Source: Candidatus Latescibacterota bacterium
GTDB taxonomy: Bacteria; Latescibacterota; UBA2968; UBA8231
DNA length: 40,835 nt
Direction: 5' to 3'
Assembly: GCA_041661365.1 (NCBI GenBank)
Contig: JBAZUN010000003.1
Location: 1-40,835 of the forward strand
A program made the position numbers and the translations under genes. Of this stretch, positions 18,861 to 26,314 are shown in pieces (the first letter of the stretch is position 1; each line of letters opens with the position of its first letter). The notes under the pieces are model-generated. The model was not told the origin of the DNA and ran no database searches. It saw nothing but the letters and a program-made list of their open reading frames with translations.

Positions 18861-20102
18861 ATGCGCCGTCTATACCAGCTAGATCTCGGCATCCTGAGCG
18901 CCGCGGTGGTGATCACTCTCCTAGGGATCACCATGGTCTACAGCGCCGCCTACCACAGCGAGTCCGGGGTCCTGCAGAGCGCCTGGGAGCGGCAGTTGTT
19001 CAGCGCCGTCGTCGCCGTGGCGGTGAGCGTCGGCATGATCTACGTGCCGAACCGGTTCATCTACGGACTGGCCTACCCGCTCTACCTGGGGTGCCTGACC
19101 TCGCTGGTCCTGGTGCTGGTATGGGGAACCGGCGAGGACGCCACGCGGTGGCTCGACCTGGGCCTCACCACGGTGCAGCCCTCGGAGTTCGCCAAGGTCA
19201 TTGTGATCCTCGCCCTGGCGCGGTACCTCAGCGACCGGCGGGGCGACCAGCTCAACCGCTTCCCCGATCTGGCGGGCGCCCTCATCATTCCCGTGATCCC
19301 CATGGCCCTGGTGGTCCGCCAACCCGACCTGGGCACGGCCATGGTCCTCGGCGGCGTCCTCCTCCCCATGCTCTACTGGGCCGGCATGAGCCCGGTCGCC
19401 ATCTTCCTGCTGGTCTCTCCGCTGCTCAGCACGATCTTCTCCTTCGAGCCGCTCTGGCGGGGAGCGGCGCCGTTCGTCTTCGCGACCTTCATCATCCTCA
19501 GCACCGCGGCCGTTCACTACCTGCTCTCGCGGCTGTGGGTCACCATCGGCATGGTCAGCGCCAACCTGGCCGCCGGACTGGCGTCGGTCTACCTGTGGGA
19601 GCACATGCTGCGGCCGTATCAGCAGGACCGCATCCTCACCTTTCTCGATCCCGAGAAGGACCGGTTGGGCACCGGCTGGAACATCATCCAGTCCAAGATC
19701 GCCATCGGCTCGGGAGGGCTGACCGGTAAAGGGTTTCTGCAGGGAACGCAGACCAAGTTCGAGTTCCTGCCCGCGGCCCATACCGACTTCATCTTCGCCG
19801 TCATCGGCGAGGAGCTGGGGTTCATCGGCACCATGGTGGTCCTGGCCCTCTTCCTCTACCTGGTCACCCGCGGGGTACAGGTGGCGGCCGCGGCCGAGAA
19901 CCGCTTCTACAGCCTGGTTGCCCTGGGGCTGGCCGCCATGTTCATCTTCCACGTCTTCGTCAACGCCGGGATGACCATGGGGGTCATGCCGGTTACCGGG
20001 CTGCCCCTGCCGTTCCTGACCTACGGGGGATCCTCGCTCATCACCAACTTCGCGGCCGTGGGCCTCCTCCTCCACGTGCACCTCCACCGCCATGAGCTGT
20101 GA
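18861..20102 (+). CDS. rodA: rod shape-determining protein RodA (SEDS family)
   Basis: ATG 18861 lies in frame inside ORF 18630..20102. FtsW/RodA/SpoVE pattern includes QPSEFAKV, TDFIFAVIGEELGF and GLPLPFLTYGGSS. Confidence 0.9.
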   Translation: MRRLYQLDLGILSAAVVITLLGITMVYSAAYHSESGVLQSAWERQLFSAVVAVAVSVGMIYVPNRFIYGLAYPLYLGCLTSLVLVLVWGTGEDATRWLDLGLTTVQPSEFAKVIVILALARYLSDRRGDQLNRFPDLAGALIIPVIPMALVVRQPDLGTAMVLGGVLLPMLYWAGMSPVAIFLLVSPLLSTIFSFEPLWRGAAPFVFATFIILSTAAVHYLLSRLWVTIGMVSANLAAGLASVYLWEHMLRPYQQDRILTFLDPEKDRLGTGWNIIQSKIAIGSGGLTGKGFLQGTQTKFEFLPAAHTDFIFAVIGEELGFIGTMVVLALFLYLVTRGVQVAAAAENRFYSLVALGLAAMFIFHVFVNAGMTMGVMPVTGLPLPFLTYGGSSLITNFAAVGLLLHVHLHRHEL

Positions 20103-21183
20103 GCCGGCAGGCCGTCGCGCCGGTCTGATGGTCTGCGGCGCCATCCTGGCGGTGTTCGTGGTGCAGCGCCCACAGTGCGGCGAACACCGCTACGACCATC
20201 CGCAACTGGCGCTGGAGGCTCTGCAGGTCGGCCGGTACGACCAGGCCCTGCTCGAGGTTCGCCGATCCCTGCGGGAGGGAGCCGATACCCCCGGGGTGCG
20301 GTTGATCGCCGCGATGGCCCACCTGGCCGAGGACCGCGTAGAGGAGGCCGTGACCGAGCTCGGGGCAGGTCTTGCCGTGGCCCCCGACGACTCCCGGCTG
20401 CACCAGACCCTGCGGGAGGTGTCCCTGCAGGCCCGGCGGGTCGGGTTGGCCGACACGGTTCTCCAAGGCGCCTTGAGGCGTCACCCCGAAAGCACGGCCC
20501 TGTTGACCGCCCTGGGCTGGGCCGCCACCGAGCAGGGACAGGACCAGCGGGCGGCCGAGCTGCTGGCGCGTGCGGTGGAGCGATCGGCCGGAGATCCCGC
20601 GCCCCGGGTGGAGCTGGCCCGCCTGCACCTATCGCAGGAGCGGTTCGGCGCGGCGGTCGAGGTGGCCCAGGAAGGGCTGCGCGCCACCCCAGATGATCCT
20701 CATCTGCTGCTGGTGCTGGGAGAGGGACAGCTACGACTGGGGCGCCTGGCCGAGGCCGACACCGCCCTGGCCCAGGCCGTGCATCTGGGAGACTCCGAGG
20801 AAGTCCTGGCCGGCCGGGTGGCCCAGCTCTACTACGATGCCGGACACCGGCGTCAGGCCATCCGATACTATGAGGCAGCCCTTGCCGCCGGACCCCAGCG
20901 ACCTTCGGTGCTCAACAACCTAGCCTGGAGCATGGCCGAGGAAGGGGTCCGGCTCGACGAGGCACTGGAACTGGCCTCGCGGGCGGTGAAGCTCGACCCC
21001 GACAACCCCGTGTTCCTCGATACCTATGCCGAGGTCAACTTCCGCCTTGGTCGACCGGCCCGGGCCGCCGCCGTCATCCGTCGCGCCCTCGATGCCGAAC
21101 CGGTCGACGGCGAGCATCGGCTCTACCTCGAGCAGCAGCTCGCCCGGTTCACGGGTATCGCGGCCGCGGCCGGCGATCGATAA
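20092..21183 (+). CDS. tetratricopeptide repeat protein
   Basis: Multiple TPR-like units (e.g. AIRYYEAALAAGPQRPSVLNNLAW, LDPDNPVFLDTYAEVNFRLG). Start ambiguous: ATG 20092 overlaps rodA by 11 nt; ATG 20128 is the alternative. Confidence 0.75.
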   Translation: MSCEPAGRRAGLMVCGAILAVFVVQRPQCGEHRYDHPQLALEALQVGRYDQALLEVRRSLREGADTPGVRLIAAMAHLAEDRVEEAVTELGAGLAVAPDDSRLHQTLREVSLQARRVGLADTVLQGALRRHPESTALLTALGWAATEQGQDQRAAELLARAVERSAGDPAPRVELARLHLSQERFGAAVEVAQEGLRATPDDPHLLLVLGEGQLRLGRLAEADTALAQAVHLGDSEEVLAGRVAQLYYDAGHRRQAIRYYEAALAAGPQRPSVLNNLAWSMAEEGVRLDEALELASRAVKLDPDNPVFLDTYAEVNFRLGRPARAAAVIRRALDAEPVDGEHRLYLEQQLARFTGIAAAAGDR

Positions 21184-21222
21184 CCTGGAAAGCGGACCGT
21201 ACCACCAGGCCGGACCGACGGA

Positions 21223-22269
21223 TCAGCCGCGGAAGCGGTCGTAGTCGATCTCCAGGTTGTCCAGCTTCATGTAGAGATTCTTTCGCGACATCCCGATCGC
21301 ATCGGCCACCTGGGCGATGACCCCACGGTGACGGCGCAGGGCATCGCACAGATACCGGCGCTCGAACAGGGCCCGGGCCTCGTGGAAGGATACCGGTCCG
21401 GCAGCGGGTTCTTCCCCCGGCTCGCGCCAGTCGGCGATCTCCGCCGGGATATCGGCCAAGGTGAGGCGCTCACCCGCCGCCAGTACCACCATCTGCTCGA
21501 TCACGTTCTCCAATTCGCGCACGTTCCCCGGCCAGGGATAGGCCTGGAGCCGTTCGACGGCCGGTCCGGCAATGCTCCTCACCGGACTGCCGTTGCGGGC
21601 CGCGGCCTCGGCAAGGAAATGCTCGATCAGCAGGGGGATGTCCTCCCGTCGCTCCCGCAACGCCGGCAGTCGTACCGGCACCACGCTCAGTCGGTAGTAC
21701 AGGTCCTCGCGGAAACGCCCCTGCCGCACCTCGGCCTTCAGGTCGACGTTGGTCGCGGCCACCACCCGCACATCGACGCGCAGGGTCTCGGTCCCCCCTA
21801 CCCGTTCGAACTCGTGTTCCTGCAGCACGCGTAGGAGCCGCAGTTGCACCTTGGCATCGGCGGCTCCGATCTCGTCGAGCAGCAGGGTCCCCCCGTCCGC
21901 CAGCTCGAAACGGCCCGGCCGTTGACGGACCGCCCCGGTGAACGCCCCTCGCTCGTGTCCGAAGAGCTCGCTCTCCAGCACCCCCTCGGGAAGACTGGCG
22001 CAGCTCAGCCGCACGAAGGGACCGTCGCGCCGAGGACTCCAGCGGTGCAGGGCACGGGCGACCACCTCCTTGCCGGTGCCGCTCTCCCCCTCGATGAGCA
22101 CCGTGGCACTGGCCGCCGCGATCCGCGAGAGTCGTTCAAGGAGAAGCCTCATCTCCGGATTTTGCGTGAGGACCTCCCCTCTTCCATCAGAAGCCAAGGC
22201 CCCTTGGGCCGCTACCTGGACAGGGACAGGATGATCCGCGGACACGGAGGAGAACGATACATGATCCAT
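21223..22269 (-). CDS. sigma54-dependent transcriptional activator (bEBP) without a sensory domain
   Basis: ATG 22269 (MDHVSF) preceded by GGAGG (22276-22280). Walker [15 protein letters not shown] loop, and C-terminal Fis-type [22 protein letters not shown]. Only about 37 aa precede the AAA+ core. Confidence 0.9.
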   Translation of the reverse strand: MDHVSFSSVSADHPVPVQVAAQGALASDGRGEVLTQNPEMRLLLERLSRIAAASATVLIEGESGTGKEVVARALHRWSPRRDGPFVRLSCASLPEGVLESELFGHERGAFTGAVRQRPGRFELADGGTLLLDEIGAADAKVQLRLLRVLQEHEFERVGGTETLRVDVRVVAATNVDLKAEVRQGRFREDLYYRLSVVPVRLPALRERREDIPLLIEHFLAEAAARNGSPVRSIAGPAVERLQAYPWPGNVRELENVIEQMVVLAAGERLTLADIPAEIADWREPGEEPAAGPVSFHEARALFERRYLCDALRRHRGVIAQVADAIGMSRKNLYMKLDNLEIDYDRFRG

Positions 22270-22309
22270 GATATACCTCCAGTGGATATAACGGCCACTA
22301 TTTAATGTT

Positions 22310-22338
22310 GATATACGAATAAGAAATGTATTTGTCAA
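22310..22338 (-). promoter_or_regulatory. sigma70-like promoter in an AT-rich patch
   Basis: Minus strand: TTGACA (22333-22338) - 17 nt - TATATC (22310-22315), about 40 nt upstream of the bEBP ATG. Confidence 0.45.
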
Positions 22339-22422
22339 GTAATAAATGCAGGAGAAACGAACCGCGATCTTTGGTCCGGACTATTGGGCCAGGAAATGTC
22401 GAAGGGGGTCTGGCTAGAGCCT

Positions 22423-22573
22423 GTCCGAGTATTCGCTTCGCAGGCGAGGTCGAGTCATGGTGGTCGAGGGCCAGGCGCGCGAGTGAGGCGCATTGACCAC
22501 GAAATGCGCCGAGTGAGCGGAACGCCGCCCTCGGTCACCAGGGCCGGCCGCAGCCCGAATGGGATACTCGGAC
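22423..22573 (+). repeat. structured intergenic element, copy 2 (unassigned family)
   Basis: Closing helix gtccgagtat/atactcggac. The 41-nt block 22443-22483 is 31/41 identical to 35606-35646. The 3' block ggccgcagcccgaatggg matches 35744-35761 at 17/18. Confidence 0.75.
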
Positions 22574-22605
22574 CGGATCCTACGAGCGAGGGGCAGCGTC
22601 GCCGG

Positions 22606-23400
22606 TCAGGAGACCGGCATGACCTCAAGCCGCGAGGGGTGAACCTGCTCGCAGATCTCGGCGGCCAGACGAGCGTAGCTGAGGGCCCCGGTGGACAGGG
22701 GATCGTAGAGGATGATCGGCTGACCGAAGGCGGGAGCCTCGGCCAGACTCACGTTGCGGCGGATGAGGGTGCTGCAGACCTTGTCGCCGAAGTAACCGCG
22801 CACCTCAGCCGCCACCTTGCGGGAGAGTTGCAGCCGCTCGTCGTACATGGTGAGCACCACCCCTTCGAGGCGCAGACGGGGATTGAGGTGGCGCTGGACG
22901 AGGCGGATGGAGCCGAGCAGGTTGCTGAGCCCCTCCAGGGCATAATACTCACACTGGACCGGGATGAGCACCGAATCGGCAGCGGTCAACGCATTGACGG
23001 TGAGCAGCCCCAGGGACGGCGGGCAATCGATGAGGATGAAGTCGTAGTCCTCGCGGACCGGCGCCAGGGCCTGGGACAGCTTGCGCTCCCGCCCTATAAC
23101 GCTGGCCAACTCCACCTCGGCCCCGGCCAAACGGATATGGGCAGGCACCAGGGAGAGGTCAGGCACCTCGGTGGTGCGCGTCACGGCCCGGATGTCGGCC
23201 TGGCCCAGCAGAACCTCGTAGCTCGACCCGGCCAGGCTCTCCGCTGCCGCTCCGCACCCGCTCGTGGTATCTGCCTGGGGATCGAGGTCAACCAGAAGGG
23301 TCCGCCGTTGGTCGGCCGAAAGGCAGGCGGCCAGGTTCACCGTCGTCGTCGTCTTCCCGACGCCACCCTTCTGGTTCGCTACGGCGATGATCCTGCCCAT
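22606..23400 (-). CDS. parA: ParA/Soj-type partition ATPase (no adjacent parB)
   Basis: ATG 23400 (MGRIIAVANQKGGVGKTTTT, deviant Walker A). LVDLDPQ and the Soj-like remainder follow. The ORF extension to 23529 is not protein-like. Confidence 0.9.
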   Translation of the reverse strand: MGRIIAVANQKGGVGKTTTTVNLAACLSADQRRTLLVDLDPQADTTSGCGAAAESLAGSSYEVLLGQADIRAVTRTTEVPDLSLVPAHIRLAGAEVELASVIGRERKLSQALAPVREDYDFILIDCPPSLGLLTVNALTAADSVLIPVQCEYYALEGLSNLLGSIRLVQRHLNPRLRLEGVVLTMYDERLQLSRKVAAEVRGYFGDKVCSTLIRRNVSLAEAPAFGQPIILYDPLSTGALSYARLAAEICEQVHPSRLEVMPVS

Positions 23401-23596
23401 TCCCGCGATCCGCCCTGTTCCGCCGGCCAGACAACCACCCCAGAGGCTACCCTCAGACCCTGGCCATAGCAGGCCTGCGGGGCACCGTCGGGCAATACAC
23501 TGACCTTCATCCGAGGGCCGGAAATTCATCCGATCATTCGAATGTGCATGAACGAGAAAAATGTCATGCAGAGGTCAGGATCACCGCTGGGGCGAC

Positions 23597-23625
23597 AATA
23601 TACGGCGGTCCAGAACGGGAGTCAA
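23597..23625 (-). promoter_or_regulatory. sigma70-like promoter for parA
   Basis: Minus strand: TTGACT (23620-23625) - 17 nt - TATATT (23597-23602). Implies a leader of about 190 nt. Confidence 0.45.
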
Positions 23626-23705
23626 GGCCTGTTGAAACAGAACCTCAACAAAGCTCCTAACTAATTGATTTATTTGAGTATCTCAATGCTGAGAGGGGTC
23701 GAAAA

Positions 23706-23822
23706 TCACCCGGCGGAGAGGAAGGCCAGAAGGGCTCCCAGCGATAGGCCGGTGACGACGAAAAAGGCCAGGCACGCGCCCAGGGATGGCCAGGTTCTGT
23801 TGCCCGATCCACATTTGTGCAT
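23706..23822 (-). CDS. putative 38-aa single-pass membrane peptide
   Basis: Not in the ORF track (too short). GGAGG (23829-23833) - 6 nt - ATG. Sequence MHKCGSGNRTWPSLGACLAFFVVTGLSLGALLAFLSAG. About 76% G/C at third codon positions, as in genuine genes here. Confidence 0.35.
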   Translation of the reverse strand: MHKCGSGNRTWPSLGACLAFFVVTGLSLGALLAFLSAG

Positions 23823-23852
23823 GGCCGACCTCCAGGGCCTTTGGTCAAGGAA

Positions 23853-23950
23853 CTGTCCGACATCCCATTCGGGCCGCGACCGGTCCTTGCGGCTGAGATC
23901 GGCGTTCCGCTTGGCCGCAGGGACAGACCTTTATGCGGGTATATCGGCAG
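23853..23950 (-). repeat. structured intergenic element, copy 3 (reverse orientation, 5'-truncated)
   Basis: The reverse complement reads ctgccgatat..aagcggaacgccg..ccggtcgcggcccgaatggg atgtcggacag. It aligns with the 3' half of copy 2 and keeps a closing helix (one G-U pair and one bulge). Confidence 0.6.
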
Positions 23951-24091
23951 GCGGGTAACGGTGCCCTGTCTGGAAAGAAGTTCCGGGTAGGGCAGGCCAT
24001 TTCCTCGAGATCCAGGCCATAGCACCCTGGCACCCGCGGTTCTGACCGGTATGGGGGGAAGGGAGCAAAGCCCGAGCCTGCGTGAGCGGGC

Positions 24092-24973
24092 TCAGTGTTC
24101 GAGATGACCGCGCAACCGGCCGCCGAGCCGGGGATGCCGCATCTTGGCCAGGGCGACCTCCTTGATCTGGCGGACCCGCTCGCGGGTCAACCTGAGCCGG
24201 ATGCCGATCTGGTCCAGGGTCAGCGGGGGCTCCTCGTCCAGTCCGAAGTACAGCCGGACGATCTTGGCCTCGCGCGCGGCCAATCCCTGCAGTACTTCGG
24301 TCACCTGCTCGTGCAGGGATCGCCCGAGGACGCCGTCCTCGGGAGAGGGCTGCTCCGGGTCCCACAGATTATCGAGCAGACAGCTTCCCTCGCCGTCCTC
24401 GAACGGGGCATCCAGCGACCGCACCGGCTGCCCGTCGATCAGGGCCCGCTCGACCCTTTCGGTGGTGCAGCCGAGAACCCGGGCGATCTCCTGGCGGGTG
24501 ACGGGCTCGCCTGCCTGCTGCAGGGCCTCGGAGGCACGCGCGATCTTGGCGCAGGTGTCGACCCGACTGACCGGCAGACGCACCGCCGGCTGTTCGAGAA
24601 GGGCCTGGAGGATCGCCTGGCGGATCCACCAGACCGCGTAGGAGATGAACTTGAAGCCCCGGGTCTCGTCGAATCGTTCTGCCGCCACCAGCAGGCCCAG
24701 GTTCCCCGCGCTGATCAGCTCGGCCAGGGACAGGCCACGGCTCTGGTACTCCTTGGCTACCGACACGACGAAGCGGAGGTTCGCCTCCACCAGCAGGTTG
24801 CGCGCCTCGCCGTCCCCCCGACGGATACGGACGGCCAGCGCCGTCTCCTCGCCCGCGGTCAAAGGCCTGGAGTCGGCGATATCGGCAAGGTATGCTGCCA
24901 GCACCGGATCCCCGTCGCCGGGATCGCTGCGGCGCTGGCGGTCGATGCGTCCGGCTCTGATTCGGATGGTCAT
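24092..24973 (-). CDS. RpoD-like sigma70-family sigma factor, short form without region 1.1
   Basis: ATG 24973 (MTIRIRAG). Region 2: NLRFVVSVAKEY..GNLGLLVAAERFD..FISYAVWWIRQAI. Regions 3 and 4 present: LTLDQIGIRLRLTRERVRQIKEVAL. 293 aa. Confidence 0.85.
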   Translation of the reverse strand: MTIRIRAGRIDRQRRSDPGDGDPVLAAYLADIADSRPLTAGEETALAVRIRRGDGEARNLLVEANLRFVVSVAKEYQSRGLSLAELISAGNLGLLVAAERFDETRGFKFISYAVWWIRQAILQALLEQPAVRLPVSRVDTCAKIARASEALQQAGEPVTRQEIARVLGCTTERVERALIDGQPVRSLDAPFEDGEGSCLLDNLWDPEQPSPEDGVLGRSLHEQVTEVLQGLAAREAKIVRLYFGLDEEPPLTLDQIGIRLRLTRERVRQIKEVALAKMRHPRLGGRLRGHLEH

Positions 24974-25050
24974 GGCCCCTGCTCCGACAGGCTCCTGGGA
25001 TTCCCCTGTGAAACCCCCAGAACCGATTGCCGGTTCCCGCGGTTTGTCGG

Positions 25051-25079
25051 TTGACACCGGCACCGGCTTCGGGCTAATT
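25051..25079 (+). promoter_or_regulatory. sigma70-like promoter
   Basis: TTGACA (25051-25056) - 17 nt - CTAATT (25074-25079), 30 nt upstream of the ATG at 25110. Confidence 0.35.
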
Positions 25080-25109
25080 CGGTTCCCCATCCGCAACCGA
25101 CGAGGCGCC

Positions 25110-25499
25110 ATGTCCGAGGATCGCGATCAGCGTACCACCGTGGCCCAGCTCCGCCAGCGCATCCGCTCCTTCGTGCACGAGCGGGACTGGGAGCAGTACC
25201 ACCACCCCAAGGATCTGGCCATGGGCCTGGCCATCGAGGCCGCCGAGGTGATGGAGCACTTCCGCTTTCGCAGCAACGAGGAGACCGCGGCGCAACTGCG
25301 CGACCCCGCCTTCCGTCGCTCTATCGGCCACGAGCTGGCCGACGTCCTCTACTTCGTCCTGCTCACCTGCGACTACCTGGGCCTCGACGCCTCGTCCATG
25401 CTCGAGGAGAAGCTGGCCATCTCGGCCGAGCGCTACCCCGTCGAGCTGGCCCGAGGGAGCAACCGCAAGTACACCGAGCTGACCGGAGACTCCCGATGA
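25110..25499 (+). CDS. MazG-like nucleotide pyrophosphohydrolase (single-domain, small)
   Basis: ATG 25110 lies in frame inside ORF 24645..25499. EAAEVMEHF and ELADVLYFVL metal-binding helices present. 129 aa. Confidence 0.85.
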   Translation: MSEDRDQRTTVAQLRQRIRSFVHERDWEQYHHPKDLAMGLAIEAAEVMEHFRFRSNEETAAQLRDPAFRRSIGHELADVLYFVLLTCDYLGLDASSMLEEKLAISAERYPVELARGSNRKYTELTGDSR

Positions 25500-26314
25500 C
25501 CGACCCCGGCCCGTATCGACAGCTCGTCGAGATCATGGCCAGGCTGCGCGCCGAGGACGGCTGCCCCTGGGATCGACAGCAGACCCACGAATCGCTGCGC
25601 AGCTACCTCATCGAGGAGGCGTACGAGGTTCTCGAGACCATCGACCAAGGCCGCCACCACGAGCTGTGCAGCGAGCTGGGAGACGTACTCCTGCAGATCG
25701 CCTTCCACGCCCAGCTCGCCGCCGAGGCGGGGCGGTTCACCATGGACGACGTCTGCCGGGCGATCGTGGCCAAGCTGATCCATCGGCATCCCCACGTCTT
25801 CGGCGAGACCCGGGTCCAGGACGCCGCCGAGGTGCTGACCAACTGGGAGCGGCTCAAGCGCGAGGAAAAAGGAGAGGCTGCCGAGGCCCACTCGGTCGTC
25901 GACGGGGTTCCCGTGCACCTGCCGGCCCTCCTGCGCGCCCAGCGGATCCAGGCGCGCGCGGCCCGCGTCGGCTTCGACTGGGATCAGATCCAGGGTCCGC
26001 TGGACAAGGTGCAGGAGGAGTTCGCCGAGCTGCGGGCCGACTGGGAGCGGGGGGATCGCGTCAAGGTCGAGGAGGAGCTGGGTGACCTCCTCTTCTCCCT
26101 GGTCAACGTCTCGCGCTTCCTAAAGGTCAACCCGGAGGATGCCCTGCGTCAGGCCGTGTCCAAGTTCGAGCGGCGCTTCCGGGCGGTCGAGCAGACCTTT
26201 CGCGAACAGGGACGCGAGCTGTCGTCCGCCACCCTCGCGCAGATGGACGAGGTATGGGAGCGGGTAAAGGCGTCAGAATCGACGAACGGAACCGACGCGC
26301 GGAAGGAGGCCTGA
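25496..26314 (+). CDS. mazG: nucleoside triphosphate pyrophosphohydrolase MazG (two-domain)
   Basis: The ATG overlaps the preceding stop (ATGA). Motifs: CPWDRQQTHESLRSYLIEEAYEVLE, ELGDVLLQI; second domain EELGDLLFSLVN. Confidence 0.9.
   Translation: MTDPGPYRQLVEIMARLRAEDGCPWDRQQTHESLRSYLIEEAYEVLETIDQGRHHELCSELGDVLLQIAFHAQLAAEAGRFTMDDVCRAIVAKLIHRHPHVFGETRVQDAAEVLTNWERLKREEKGEAAEAHSVVDGVPVHLPALLRAQRIQARAARVGFDWDQIQGPLDKVQEEFAELRADWERGDRVKVEEELGDLLFSLVNVSRFLKVNPEDALRQAVSKFERRFRAVEQTFREQGRELSSATLAQMDEVWERVKASESTNGTDARKEA

Noticed and set aside
22570-22620. A string resembling the guanidine-III riboswitch (ACGAG ... CCGGTCAGGA) just after element copy 2.
   Set aside because: The second pseudoknot strand is missing. 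The sequence is the antisense of the last parA codons (MPVS-stop), so the match is best explained by chance.
22384-23469. 361-aa plus-strand ORF covering structured element copy 2 and the antisense of parA.
   Set aside because: It is the antisense of a clear Soj-type parA. The part over the element is not conserved as a reading frame in the other copies.
23657-24033. ORFs 23657..24025(-), 23665..23958(+) and 23845..24033(-) in the sigma-parA intergenic region.
   Set aside because: The composition is not protein-like. They run across the structured element copy and the better-supported 38-aa ORF in a different frame.
24021-24045. TGGCAC-N5-GTTCT resembling a sigma54 -24/-12 element.
   Set aside because: The -12 GC dinucleotide is missing. 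It points into the antisense of the sigma-factor gene. No other intergenic TGGCAC-N5-TTGC was found by eye.
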